Virus record (IMG/VR): IMGVR_UViG_3300013115_000353
Location: 1-64,000 of that record
Direction: 5' to 3' (one strand)
DNA: 64,000 bases
From: a virus
In this document: positions 9,921-19,404 of the stretch, one piece after another
How positions within the stretch are numbered: the stretch's first letter is position 1
How the letters are laid out: each line of letters opens with the position of its first letter
Made by a program: the position numbers and the translations under genes
Notes under the pieces: generated by a model
The model's database searches: none
The model's input: only the letters and a program-made list of their open reading frames with translations
What the model was told of the DNA's origin: nothing

Positions 9921-11188
9921 TTAGTCACCACGTTGCCGAGATATTCCCAAGTTGGATAAGCTGTTGTGTTTCCAGAAATAGTGCCAAAAGTCCCGTGATT
10001 ACCGTTTCCTGAATGATCTTTAACAGTAATTCCTTTTCCTTCGTTAAATTTCCAATATCCTACAAGGCCACCTTCATTTGATAAATCTAGTTTTTTCTTA
10101 TCGGTGTTATATACACTTGAAACCCAATCGGCATCTTTTGCTGTATCAAAAATGGCTACTTGATCAAGAGCACAAGCCCATCCGTTGTTATAACTATTGC
10201 TTACATTACGAGCACCAAAATACATGCCACCAGTTGAACCACCCGTATCATCCCAATTAATAGTGTCAGTCTGATGAAGCACGCCGTTTACATATATTTT
10301 ACGATCCGTACCTGAAGATGTATCTGAGCGGTCATCATAGGTTACTACAAAATGATACCAAGTACCATCTGTTTTTAGATTCCAGTAGCTGCCGTCCTGA
10401 ACTAACATGGATTCTGGCACTGGGGTGTCCATATTAACCCACGCTTTTATTCCTTGACTTGAACCAATACCGAAGTATGATTGACGTTTTCTGTAGATAC
10501 CAAACACAAATCGTTGGTTGCTATTGTGCTTTCTACCGAATGCAAACATACTATTTCCTACTTCATCTGGTCTAACCCAATAAGAAACAGTAAATCCCAA
10601 ATTAAGATTAAAATCATCAGGATTAAAGTCAGTTGTTACATAATTATAGGTTCTTGTAGCTACATCTGAATTTCCGGTGAACACTAAAGCATATTTGGGG
10701 GTGGCTTTCTTCGGCTTCCCATGCGTCCTCTTCCGTCGTTTTGCTAGCAGGTTATCGCGCTTAAACATTTCCATCGCGTAATCAAAATCTAAAGCAGCTA
10801 GTTTTTGATTAAGGGGATCGGATAACCAACTATCCCAATCAAGCTCTTGAAGAGAAGGTTCACGATTTTGGATTATAACCCTTATTTCTTCAAGCTTATC
10901 ATACTTTTGGGATCGATCCTTTATCTGAGCTAATAAAGTGTCAAACTGTTTATCCCATTTTTGTTCTGCTAATTTTTCTTTTCTTTGAATATGTTTCTGA
11001 CGAAGACGTTCATCTTCTTGTTGTTCTAGAAGAAGTTTTTCTCGCGCAGCGATCTCTTCTTGCTCGCGAGCTTCGGCTTCTATTTTAGCAACTCGTGCCG
11101 CTTCTTCTTTAGCTTCCAATTCAGCAGCGCGTTTTCTTTTTCTTTCCAACTGCTCTTGTTTGCGCTTCATATATTCTATGGTTATCAT
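9917..11188 (-). CDS. Coiled-coil + LamG/concanavalin-A-like domain protein
   Basis: FTVSYWVRP, WYHFVVTYD, KIYVNG, LVGYWKFNEGKG LamG motifs. Confidence 0.8.
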   Translation of the reverse strand: MITIEYMKRKQEQLERKRKRAAELEAKEEAARVAKIEAEAREQEEIAAREKLLLEQQEDERLRQKHIQRKEKLAEQKWDKQFDTLLAQIKDRSQKYDKLEEIRVIIQNREPSLQELDWDSWLSDPLNQKLAALDFDYAMEMFKRDNLLAKRRKRTHGKPKKATPKYALVFTGNSDVATRTYNYVTTDFNPDDFNLNLGFTVSYWVRPDEVGNSMFAFGRKHNSNQRFVFGIYRKRQSYFGIGSSQGIKAWVNMDTPVPESMLVQDGSYWNLKTDGTWYHFVVTYDDRSDTSSGTDRKIYVNGVLHQTDTINWDDTGGSTGGMYFGARNVSNSYNNGWACALDQVAIFDTAKDADWVSSVYNTDKKKLDLSNEGGLVGYWKFNEGKGITVKDHSGNGNHGTFGTISGNTTAYPTWEYLGNVVTK

Positions 11189-11207
11189 TTATACCTCTTA
11201 AGTTTCA

Positions 11208-11495
11208 TTACTTGTTCCATTCAAATGTTTCACGAATATATTGTAACACATTTTTTATATCTTCTTCAGAAAAAAGAAAACCCCACGCTGGCATTTGTCC
11301 TTTTCCTTCGCGTATACTTTTTGATAGCTCTTCATCGGACTTGACAAGTCTTTCCGATATCTTAAAGTTAGCTATAGCTGAGCCCTCTCCGTTGGTACCA
11401 TGACACGAAGCACAATATGTTTTAAAAAGAGCTTCCCCATTAACATCGGCATATGCTGGTTGCGATAACACCATAAACACCATTAAAAATTTCAT
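11208..11495 (-). CDS. Class I cytochrome c (c6/c553-like)
   Basis: Signal peptide (AYA), GEALFKTYCASCHG haem motif, GKGQMPAW axial Met. Confidence 0.9.
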   Translation of the reverse strand: MKFLMVFMVLSQPAYADVNGEALFKTYCASCHGTNGEGSAIANFKISERLVKSDEELSKSIREGKGQMPAWGFLFSEEDIKNVLQYIRETFEWNK

Positions 11496-11507
11496 TATAT
11501 TTCTCCG

Positions 11508-12290
11508 TTACCTACAAGCTTTAGGCTTATTATTTAGTGCCATACATAAAGTATTTAACGAAGTTTCTAAATTAATATTTCTAATGGGGGAAATCCACAC
11601 CATATTGTCGATAACTTGAAATGATGGACGACGCTCAACATCAATTCCCCAGAGTATACCAACAATTCTTCCTTTTGAGTCGTATACCACAGAGCCAGAG
11701 CACCCAAACCATCCGTGAGTATGAATTATAATTTGAGTCCCTCTAGGATCTAAGGTTTCATAACCGGCTACAGATCCCCTAATCGTCATCAGGCGATGAT
11801 CTGACGGGTATCCAGAATATGTAATCTCTGTTCCAACATCTGCTATTCCTTCCAGTGGATCGTATTTCATTGGTTTGGCATCTCTGAGTGGATTTGGCAT
11901 ATATAAAATAGCGATATCGTGTAACGCATCAGAATAAATCAATACTCCAAGTTGAGATTCACTGTCTTTTGAGATAACATAAAAATCTCCTGGAAGTCCC
12001 TCCGCAACGTGTTGTGCTGTTAATACTAAAATAACATCTTTATATGCAATAACCGACCCCGATCCGTGGCCAGTAGAAGACGAAACTTTCACGGCGGCGT
12101 CACGTACTTTCTTTTCGATAACTGTCATCGAAGATTTAACTTCTTCGGTTTTTTTCTCTACTGTAGTATTGTAGCTGCTTTCTGTTTCTGTCGCGTGTGT
12201 GGGCACGACCAATACAAACAACGAGGCAACAAACAAAGATAATAATTTATTCATGATTATACTCCTGTATCTTCTGTGTCTTCTGGACAA
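11508..12290 (-). CDS. Secreted trypsin-like serine protease
   Basis: LTAQH, HDIAIL, FGCSGS triad motifs; signal peptide (true start probably MNKLLSLF). Confidence 0.85.
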   Translation of the reverse strand: MSRRHRRYRSIIMNKLLSLFVASLFVLVVPTHATETESSYNTTVEKKTEEVKSSMTVIEKKVRDAAVKVSSSTGHGSGSVIAYKDVILVLTAQHVAEGLPGDFYVISKDSESQLGVLIYSDALHDIAILYMPNPLRDAKPMKYDPLEGIADVGTEITYSGYPSDHRLMTIRGSVAGYETLDPRGTQIIIHTHGWFGCSGSVVYDSKGRIVGILWGIDVERRPSFQVIDNMVWISPIRNINLETSLNTLCMALNNKPKACR

Positions 12291-13876
12291 TCTGATATTG
12301 GTGAGTAACTTATAAGTATTGATACTCCTGCTGTCGGCACGTGCCCCTCGGCAAAGCTAATTGCGTTGGTAGATGAATCATATGTCCAATTAGATTCTTC
12401 CACTCCATCCACGACAACAGTAATTGTTTCTTCCACCGGATCACGATCCAGGGTAAAAGAAGATTTAAGAATCGATTCATTTGCTAGTATTTCAAGGGGT
12501 GTGCCCCAGTCATCTTCGCAAATCGACAAAAACGTTCCATTGAGATAGGTTACAACAGTAAAATACTCTAGTCCTTCTTGGGCGCCACCGTTTGTAGTAC
12601 AGCCACCTGGATAGTCTCCCGCTACGGCATGCGCAACAACATAGTCTGCACCGCCCTTGGCAGATATCGTATATGTTTTGATACTAGTGGGGGTAATACC
12701 CGAAGAAGAATCATCTTCGTCCGATACGTAAATAATTACTAGTTTAGCATGCTCGCGCCAGAAATCACTGCCTGGGCCAAAATCATACCCTGTTTGTAGA
12801 GCGTAATAAGAATAATAAAGGCCCCGCTCAGTTGAACTTCCGTGTGTTCCTATATCGTCTATTATTTGAGCGACCTCAGCAACCGGATCTGGCGTGGCTG
12901 TTGTTATAAGAGAGCCTTCCATATCAGAACTATCAGTGGTAATAAAACCAATCTGATAATCGATTGCTGATGCATCAAATACGTTCATAAACGTGTCAAA
13001 ATTATTTGCCAGTTGTGTTTGCTTGTCGTTCATTGAACAAGAGTTATCGATAACAAATAAAATATCAACCGCATCTATTTCTTCTTGTTTGTGAGATTCC
13101 TCATAAGTTGAAGAATAAATACCTTGAGCCCCATGGGTTGCTTCGGCAGTGGGAGTATACGGATCGTTAGATTGAACTTCTAATATTCCAGAATCTAAAT
13201 CTACATCACTTGGACAATACTCAACCTCTAATATTATAGAGTCTCCTGGTTCTAAAACCCATGGCATCGGCCCATACGTATTCTCATAATCTTCAATGGA
13301 AAAATCCGCTGGATATGAAACATAATAATCAACTTGACTGATTGTCAAATCCACATTTCCTACGTTAGATATTGTAACATCTAAATCATCATCACAGCCC
13401 ACTAATACGTTTTCAAAATCATATGAGTCAGGATCTATACTAATAACAGGTGCTTCACTGTCTCCTACTAGGGGCACTGAGACAAAACCATCTTCTGGAT
13501 CATCAGATGTAATAACTACCGAATTATTGTCCGTACTGTATGTTTCCGGATTATACATTACGATAATGTATGCTTCTTCATCTGGTTCAAGCTCATCGTC
13601 GCTTAAATTAGATAAAGTATATACTGTCGAAGTGTTGCTTAAATCAGCACTAGCAATGTTTAATGTGTCAGATCCTTTGTTTTTAATTGTTATAGTTTTA
13701 AGAGAAACTTCGCCGTCCGCATTTAGCGTACCAAAATTAAGAGATGACGGCGTTACCTCTATGTTGGGGACTTCTATTGGGGATCCTGATGGTTCTTCAT
13801 AGGATTTAAGATTGTAATCACTGCACGCCCCCAAACACAACACAAACGTACAGAGTAAATTTATATATCGCCCCAT
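12257..13876 (-). CDS. Lipoprotein with Ig-like (ASPM/choice-of-anchor-D) repeats and vWA domain
   Basis: Lipobox LGAC; two PxIxxxPxSxxFG Ig repeats; VDILFVIDNSCSM MIDAS motif, IIYVSDEDD. Confidence 0.8.
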   Translation of the reverse strand: MGRYINLLCTFVLCLGACSDYNLKSYEEPSGSPIEVPNIEVTPSSLNFGTLNADGEVSLKTITIKNKGSDTLNIASADLSNTSTVYTLSNLSDDELEPDEEAYIIVMYNPETYSTDNNSVVITSDDPEDGFVSVPLVGDSEAPVISIDPDSYDFENVLVGCDDDLDVTISNVGNVDLTISQVDYYVSYPADFSIEDYENTYGPMPWVLEPGDSIILEVEYCPSDVDLDSGILEVQSNDPYTPTAEATHGAQGIYSSTYEESHKQEEIDAVDILFVIDNSCSMNDKQTQLANNFDTFMNVFDASAIDYQIGFITTDSSDMEGSLITTATPDPVAEVAQIIDDIGTHGSSTERGLYYSYYALQTGYDFGPGSDFWREHAKLVIIYVSDEDDSSSGITPTSIKTYTISAKGGADYVVAHAVAGDYPGGCTTNGGAQEGLEYFTVVTYLNGTFLSICEDDWGTPLEILANESILKSSFTLDRDPVEETITVVVDGVEESNWTYDSSTNAISFAEGHVPTAGVSILISYSPISDCPEDTEDTGV

Positions 13877-13911
13877 ATTAGTAACTATGTTTTAGCTAGC
13901 TTTAAAGGAGA

Positions 13912-14079
13912 CTACTCTGGAATTTTTATTCCAACAATACCAAGAAGTAGAATATTTACAATTGATAACATTGTTAATTCGAAATTGCCTGTCATTCTGG
14001 CAAAAAATAAAAGAGCTATATTAATTCCAATCGCTATCCATGCTGAACAGACAAATAATTGGCTAATACGCTCCTTCAA
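13912..14079 (-). CDS. Small two-TM membrane protein (not in ORF track)
   Basis: 55-aa hydrophobic ORF with TTG start filling the intergenic gap. Confidence 0.4.
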   Translation of the reverse strand: MKERISQLFVCSAWIAIGINIALLFFARMTGNFELTMLSIVNILLLGIVGIKIPE

Positions 14080-14104
14080 ACATTGTATCCTCTATTAGTA
14101 TATA

Positions 14105-14326
14105 TTATTCAGAAATTAAATCCATATCTCCTCCCCAAATTGTTTCTATAGTTTTGGTATTAAAGACATATACATCATAGAAGGGAAATAAGTTTGCTTG
14201 TCTTCCGTTGTGAATTTCAAGGACAATGCCGGTATTCTTTTCTTTTGCAACTGCCGCCTTGTAGTACCGATTTATTTTTACTAGATTGCCTTTTTTCAAT
14301 ATTGGCTCATCTGTTCTTTTAGCCAT
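14105..14326 (-). CDS. SH3/KOW-like small protein (GDLV family)
   Basis: LKKGNLVK...GIVLE...MDLISE. Confidence 0.6.
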   Translation of the reverse strand: MAKRTDEPILKKGNLVKINRYYKAAVAKEKNTGIVLEIHNGRQANLFPFYDVYVFNTKTIETIWGGDMDLISE

Positions 14327-14760
14327 TCGTCAGCCCTCGGCGCAGATTTAAATTGAGGGGACAGCCCTTTAAGGTATTTTAAGGTTGCCGGCTCCAGCGC
14401 TGCCCATTGCCACTTCCACTCCGATTCTTTGCAAAAGACGAGCCCGGCACAAATATTGTTGGGAAGTTGTCCCGCGCGCATCGCCAATTTCCCAAGAAAA
14501 GAATTTTTTTTTCTTGATAAGTCATTTTCCTTTTCTAAATTTTTTTCATGTTCTCGTTCTTGAGACATGTCCGTCCGCACGAACGTCCACGAAGAAAGTT
14601 TAGTTTGAGAAGAATTATCCTTGTCAAGATGCTCGTCTAAAAATTTTTCTTTCGCTATTCTATCGTTTGCAGCTTCTACCACACAAAACGGTGCTTTCGC
14701 CCGTTTACCGTTTTTAAATAATTTGTATACATTCCATTTATGGCTCATAAGTTTCTCCAT
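14296..14760 (-). CDS. Hypothetical protein
   Basis: 154-aa ORF in the operon. Confidence 0.6.
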   Translation of the reverse strand: MEKLMSHKWNVYKLFKNGKRAKAPFCVVEAANDRIAKEKFLDEHLDKDNSSQTKLSSWTFVRTDMSQEREHEKNLEKENDLSRKKNSFLGKLAMRAGQLPNNICAGLVFCKESEWKWQWAALEPATLKYLKGLSPQFKSAPRADEWLKEQMSQY

Positions 14761-15031
14761 TTATTGAGTGCCAGCGATATACCCCTATCACAATAGAAAG
14801 TTTAAGCCCTTCTTCCTCTAATATTGGAGGAATCGGAGCATCTTCGTAATGTTCTTTCACAACATTATTCAACCATTTAACTTCCCATATATACACATCG
14901 TCTTCTACCATATCGATATAACGACGACGTTCAACCAGCAAACCAATATGGCCACCAATTGTATCGATAATAATATCACCTATAGATAGTATAACACTAC
15001 TTGTCTCACCATGCAAGATTTTATATGACAT
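14738..15031 (-). CDS. GDLV-family small protein
   Basis: LSIGDII...IGLLV...WEVKW. Confidence 0.55.
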   Translation of the reverse strand: MSYKILHGETSSVILSIGDIIIDTIGGHIGLLVERRRYIDMVEDDVYIWEVKWLNNVVKEHYEDAPIPPILEEEGLKLSIVIGVYRWHSINGETYEP

Positions 15032-15100
15032 ATAATAAATATTTTTATATCATATGAAACGGAAAGCGCAATAGGTACGTAACTATCAAATGAACAGTAA

Positions 15101-15340
15101 TTATCGTTTATGGAGAACAAACAGGCCGCTTTCTACTAGTTGTTTAAGGCCGCTTTCGGTGTAATCTTCAACGTTGGTATAATATGTTTGTGGCATTCCA
15201 CCACACCATCGTATTTCCCATGCCCAATGTTGAACGCTACCGGTGTAGGTTAAATCTTTATGCAACAAGTCATATCGGCGCACTAACACACCAACTTCTC
15301 TTGTTGTCGGGTCTATGACAAGATCACCAATCTCAAACAT
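15101..15340 (-). CDS. GDLV-family small protein
   Basis: MFEIGDLV...VGVLV...WEIRW. Confidence 0.65.
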   Translation of the reverse strand: MFEIGDLVIDPTTREVGVLVRRYDLLHKDLTYTGSVQHWAWEIRWCGGMPQTYYTNVEDYTESGLKQLVESGLFVLHKR

Positions 15341-15346
15341 CTACTC

Positions 15347-15610
15347 CTAAATAGGAAGCCATGCAGACGAACGGTCAGTACATACCATAATATACTCTTC
15401 GATTTTCTTAGCGTTATTAATATCGCTTTTAGGAAATTCAATGTTACAATGGCTATTTTGGCTATTGCGTGGGCCAATGTGTTCAATATTAATAGGTGCC
15501 GGAATAAAAGTTTCCGTTTCGGTATCCTTAAAGACAAAAGGAACGCAGGCTATTAAAAAGCCGCCAATAATGGCGGAAATAAGATATCGCATAATGTTTT
15601 TCACCTCCAA
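15347..15610 (-). CDS. Hypothetical membrane/lipoprotein
   Basis: Hydrophobic N-terminus ending LIAC; SD GGAGGTG. Confidence 0.5.
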   Translation of the reverse strand: MEVKNIMRYLISAIIGGFLIACVPFVFKDTETETFIPAPINIEHIGPRNSQNSHCNIEFPKSDINNAKKIEEYIMVCTDRSSAWLPI

Positions 15611-15669
15611 TAGTGAACGCTTATAAATAGTACCACATTTCCAGTTAAGCCTATAAAAAAAGAGTATTT

Positions 15670-16320
15670 TTATACCTTAATCCGATCAATGATATATGGA
15701 TGGTGGAATGACAAGTCTTTATAAAGTCTTTTCATCACCTTTTTAGTGATATCAGTGATGTCGTCTTTAACCGCTTTGGTTTTAAGAACCTTCGAAAGCT
15801 CATCTTCCACAACTTTCTTGACACTTTTCGCAATTTCCGTTTGAGATGAGGAAATTTCTTTCGATATCAGCTTTTTAATATCAGTTTCATCAGTCTTGGT
15901 TAGTTCTTCTCGAATCATATACGTAAGTGCGCGTTCTCCAAGTGGCATTGTTCTATCAGCGCCCCCTGCCGACGCAAAACCTGCCATTCCACTGAGAGGT
16001 TTACGACGGGGACGACGAGGAGCAGGTGGTGGACTAGCCAGGCGCCCTGCCATGGCTTCGCGCTCAGCCTTACATGCGCGCAATCGATCTGAATGTTTTC
16101 CTTCTACAGAGTATGCATCGTCCACTGCATCATGTATCTCTAAATAATCGTCCCATGATTGTCCGGACTGCTCCGCGCGCGCAATAACAATATCTCGTAT
16201 TGATTCAATATCCATACCCAAACCGGCCATAGGGGAAAACTCGGCTATACATTCAGCCTCTATTCGCGAAAGCGCCTCTCGAATGAGCCTTTTAAGCTCT
16301 CTATCTGATAATAAATTCAT
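15670..16320 (-). CDS. Hypothetical probable virion protein
   Basis: LIREAL / MIREEL motifs; preceded by ACTAATTATA motif; start MNLLSD. Confidence 0.55.
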   Translation of the reverse strand: MNLLSDRELKRLIREALSRIEAECIAEFSPMAGLGMDIESIRDIVIARAEQSGQSWDDYLEIHDAVDDAYSVEGKHSDRLRACKAEREAMAGRLASPPPAPRRPRRKPLSGMAGFASAGGADRTMPLGERALTYMIREELTKTDETDIKKLISKEISSSQTEIAKSVKKVVEDELSKVLKTKAVKDDITDITKKVMKRLYKDLSFHHPYIIDRIKV

Positions 16321-16336
16321 TTGTTCCTGCTTATAA

Positions 16337-16594
16337 TTAGTATACCCAATCCAAATGGGTCGCAAAAGTTTCTGAAATTCGTTTCGTTCTGAACCAATAA
16401 ACCCTAAACGTTCTTCCTTTATAATAGCCAGTTACGTCTCCTATTATAATCCCCAAATCAAGTCTCTTTTGATACTGATGTACTCTTCCTAAAATATAAC
16501 TCGGTGGTATGAGTGGGCCGCCGATACCGTACCCTGTAAATCTCACCAACTCACCAACTTGAAACATGCGCTTTTCATCGTCGTTATTTTTCAT
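16337..16594 (-). CDS. GDLV-family small protein
   Basis: FQVGELV...LGIII...FRVYW. Confidence 0.65.
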   Translation of the reverse strand: MKNNDDEKRMFQVGELVRFTGYGIGGPLIPPSYILGRVHQYQKRLDLGIIIGDVTGYYKGRTFRVYWFRTKRISETFATHLDWVY

Positions 16595-16832
16595 TATTTT
16601 TTTGGGCGATTTTTTCTATTAGCTCTTTTCGCTCGTCCTCGGTTAACTGTTCGAAATATTCCAATATGGCATGCTCACCTGCCTCAATCATTATGAGCCC
16701 ATTCTCATCGCAATACGGGCACCTCTTCCACTTGTATGGATCCAATGGACTGTGAAAGGATGCGTTGTGCATAAACCGCTCTCCTCTACAAGATAAACAT
16801 TTGATTCGAACATACAATTTATCGAACGGCAT
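16584..16832 (-). CDS. Zinc-finger protein
   Basis: CLSCRG...CPYCDENG. Confidence 0.65.
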   Translation of the reverse strand: MPFDKLYVRIKCLSCRGERFMHNASFHSPLDPYKWKRCPYCDENGLIMIEAGEHAILEYFEQLTEDERKELIEKIAQKNNEK

Positions 16833-16839
16833 GTTGTAA

Positions 16840-17079
16840 CTATGATGCTCGATTTATTAATCTCAAGAATCGGGAATTGATTGTTCGTACACTGGGCGTT
16901 GTGTGTCTTAAACCATGCTCCACTGAATCGTCTTTAAACCAAAATACCCTAATTCTGTTACTGTACTTTCCGTTGTTCTCTAGAATCTCCAACACAACCC
17001 CTAGCGATTCGGGTGGTTGGTGACGGCGTCTGGCAGCTGCCTTAGATACTAAGTCTCCGACTTCGAATTGCTTGTCCAT
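16840..17079 (-). CDS. GDLV-family small protein
   Basis: FEVGDLV...LGVVLE...IRVFW. Confidence 0.65.
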   Translation of the reverse strand: MDKQFEVGDLVSKAAARRRHQPPESLGVVLEILENNGKYSNRIRVFWFKDDSVEHGLRHTTPSVRTINSRFLRLINRAS

Positions 17080-17199
17080 GCATTAAGTATGCGGGGGTTT
17101 TCTGAAAGTCAAATATCTGAAATTTTTAGGCGCAGATCTAGAACGTACTTAGCTGGCGTATATAGGCATACGCATACAGTGTGACATAGATCCCGAGCA

Positions 17200-17219
17200 G
17201 GGGGGTAGGGGGTGGGGGG
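17200..17219 (+). repeat. G-tract GGGGGG-TA-GGGGG-T-GGGGGG in a non-coding gap (17080-17315)
   Basis: Seen directly; I noticed no comparable tract elsewhere in the window. Confidence 0.85.
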
Positions 17220-17315
17220 TGCTACGTGAGAGTCAGCGTTACAAGCGCATTATCAAATGGTGTTACATAAGCAGGTTACGTATGTTAAGTGAGTGTCAAG
17301 TGTTACTGTGTTATA

Positions 17316-17462
17316 CTATTCTTTTTTTGTATTACTCTCGGAAGGTTTCCGTCTGCAATGATAACGTAGCCCAGCAATCTGTATAGCTATAGCCACCGCA
17401 GTCCAGAACACAAACTCTTCTGCTGTGTAAATAGCCTTACGTATTCTCTTTACTCTTGACAT
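17316..17462 (-). CDS. Small membrane peptide (48 aa, not in track)
   Basis: MSRVKRIRKAIYTAEEFVFWTAVAIAIQIAG...; SD GGAGG. Confidence 0.4.
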   Translation of the reverse strand: MSRVKRIRKAIYTAEEFVFWTAVAIAIQIAGLRYHCRRKPSESNTKKE

Positions 17463-17562
17463 GATTTCCTCTCCCTCCAAGGGCAACCGTAACTCACGCT
17501 ATGTTACGGGGCGATTCTGTAGTATGAATAAGTCTTGACATGCAGTGAATAAATATACATTA

Positions 17563-17697
17563 CTACTCTCGCACTGCCGGCGCGTGTATGTTTGTATACG
17601 TTGGCGGTTCGATAGTGTATGCTATTGTATACCATAGCAGAAAGCACAGAGCCAACGCAAAGCAACCGAAGCCATCGAATATAGTATCATCGTTCAT
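17563..17697 (-). CDS. Small membrane peptide (44 aa, not in track)
   Basis: MNDDTIFDGFGCFALALCFLLWYTIAY... Confidence 0.35.
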   Translation of the reverse strand: MNDDTIFDGFGCFALALCFLLWYTIAYTIEPPTYTNIHAPAVRE

Positions 17698-17881
17698 CGT
17701 ACCGTATCCCTTTTGATAGGTTGACAGGGAAGCACACCGTATGTATACTTAACACCAAGCGCATTACAGGCACATTCTCTCACAGTGTACTGATACATAT
17801 ACTCTTTATCTTTATAACTCTGCATATTCTATCTACCTCTATCCACTATACGTATATGTATATATTTTAGTAGTCTCGCCA

Positions 17882-18187
17882 TTAAAATGGTAGCTCGCCA
17901 ACGTGTTCAGTAATGGCTGGTGAGTTTTCAAACACTAACGGATGCCAAACGGAGTCAGCATAACGGGCAGCGATACCCACGTGGCAACTCGTTGTGTGCG
18001 TTGTAAAGTGTTTGGTGCGTGCTGTGTAGTCACCCACGATAGTGTAACCAGACTTAAGGCGCAACCCAATCAACTTACCGTATGACATCAAGTGTGTACC
18101 ATCTGTTGATAGTGAATGATTGCCGGTGCGGGCTTTGTTGCCTTGCGTCCATGCGTATACAACATCTACTCTTTTCTTAATACTCAT
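17882..18187 (-). CDS. Phage early-region hypothetical protein
   Basis: LSTDG..LMSYGKLIG..T.TTSCH pattern. Confidence 0.65.
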   Translation of the reverse strand: MSIKKRVDVVYAWTQGNKARTGNHSLSTDGTHLMSYGKLIGLRLKSGYTIVGDYTARTKHFTTHTTSCHVGIAARYADSVWHPLVFENSPAITEHVGELPF

Positions 18188-18396
18188 TTACTTATCCTCT
18201 CCATATGCCTAAGCAGTCCACGATCAAACAGGCGTGGCTGACTATCACCCACTAACAATACCTTATGATTCGTTATAGTAACTCCATCGTCGCGATGGAT
18301 AATGTCTTCGCCCAGATAGATACCCGTGCGACGGTTAAGATCATGGGTGTGCCCATTGATGTAACCAAGTTTAAATAGATCACCGGCTTGTAACAT
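18184..18396 (-). CDS. GDLV-family micro-gene
   Basis: MLQAGDLF start within junction repeat 18376-18406. Confidence 0.7.
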   Translation of the reverse strand: MLQAGDLFKLGYINGHTHDLNRRTGIYLGEDIIHRDDGVTITNHKVLLVGDSQPRLFDRGLLRHMERISK

Positions 18397-18613
18397 TAAC
18401 CACCTCGTAATACCTTGCGTTAAAACCTCTGTCGCTGAGTCCATCGCGAAGGTATCGCCGTTCCAGGTCTGTCACCACCATTAGGTTACCTGATATATCG
18501 TCTCTTATAGACAACACCAAACCCACGCGCCCGTCCATTTCAGGGAACATGCGTTTACCATTATCACACATACTGCTGATGTCTTTGAAACGTACCAGAT
18601 CACCGACTTTCAT
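18380..18613 (-). CDS. GDLV-family micro-gene
   Basis: MKVGDLV...YEVVNVTSR. Confidence 0.75.
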   Translation of the reverse strand: MKVGDLVRFKDISSMCDNGKRMFPEMDGRVGLVLSIRDDISGNLMVVTDLERRYLRDGLSDRGFNARYYEVVNVTSR

Positions 18614-18815
18614 TTACAACCTCGATATCATCAATGTTCACGATGTGAGTGTGACCGCTACCCCACGCAACGAGCCAGTGATGTCCGCGTGCATGATCCA
18701 GACGATGAAGGCCCATATCATCATCTGCTGGACGAATGACAACGCCAACAGTATCACTATAAAGCCTCCATGCCTCATCTGTTACAATCTCTTTTACTAA
18801 ATCACCGACTTGCAT
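18600..18815 (-). CDS. GDLV-family micro-gene
   Basis: MQVGDLV...IEVVNESR. Confidence 0.75.
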   Translation of the reverse strand: MQVGDLVKEIVTDEAWRLYSDTVGVVIRPADDDMGLHRLDHARGHHWLVAWGSGHTHIVNIDDIEVVNESR

Positions 18816-19404
18816 TTACAACCTCCAGGTTTTTAGCAGGATCCCAGAACGTACCGTAGCCGCCCCAGTTAACTTGCACGAGGCGTCTGCTTGCCACGTG
18901 ACCGGCAACATTGTCATCTATTGCGATGATAATACCCATACGCTTGGCTTGTGAAGCCCTGATCGCCTCGGTTCGCTTTGCTCGCTCTGGATTGGACTTG
19001 TACGTCACAAGCGCACCCACGGTGAAAGGGTCTACTGTGCTCTCCGTTAGGGTTGCTGTTGCAATCTTTTCGTCCCACGCCCTACCCGCGGCCTTCGCTT
19101 GCCAGATTGCATATGCGTTTTCAATATCTTTTCTGTGATCTTCGCTACCTTCCGTAATACGGATCCGGCTACGTGTTTTATTGTCCCACTCTGCGATACC
19201 CGCAAGGATCAACATCTCGCACGCAGTGTTACCGCTTGCATACGTTTGTGGGCCCATATCGGTGCCGGAAGATGGGCCACGCCGGTGTGCTTCAGTCGCA
19301 GCTTCCGCAACCGTCATTGACTTTACAGTCAACAACACAAACGCAATCAGCAACTCAGCCACGGTTAGCAGCGTGGGCCCGATCTTGATTAGGTTGTCTT
19401 TCAT
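18802..19404 (-). CDS. Hypothetical protein with C-terminal GDLV-family domain
   Basis: C-terminal FTVGALV...GIII...VQVNW...LEVVNASR. Confidence 0.65.
   Translation of the reverse strand: MKDNLIKIGPTLLTVAELLIAFVLLTVKSMTVAEAATEAHRRGPSSGTDMGPQTYASGNTACEMLILAGIAEWDNKTRSRIRITEGSEDHRKDIENAYAIWQAKAAGRAWDEKIATATLTESTVDPFTVGALVTYKSNPERAKRTEAIRASQAKRMGIIIAIDDNVAGHVASRRLVQVNWGGYGTFWDPAKNLEVVNASR

Noticed and set aside
17085-17112. sigma70 promoter before 16840..17079
   Set aside because: TTGACT to CATACT spacing is only 15 nt, too weak to call.
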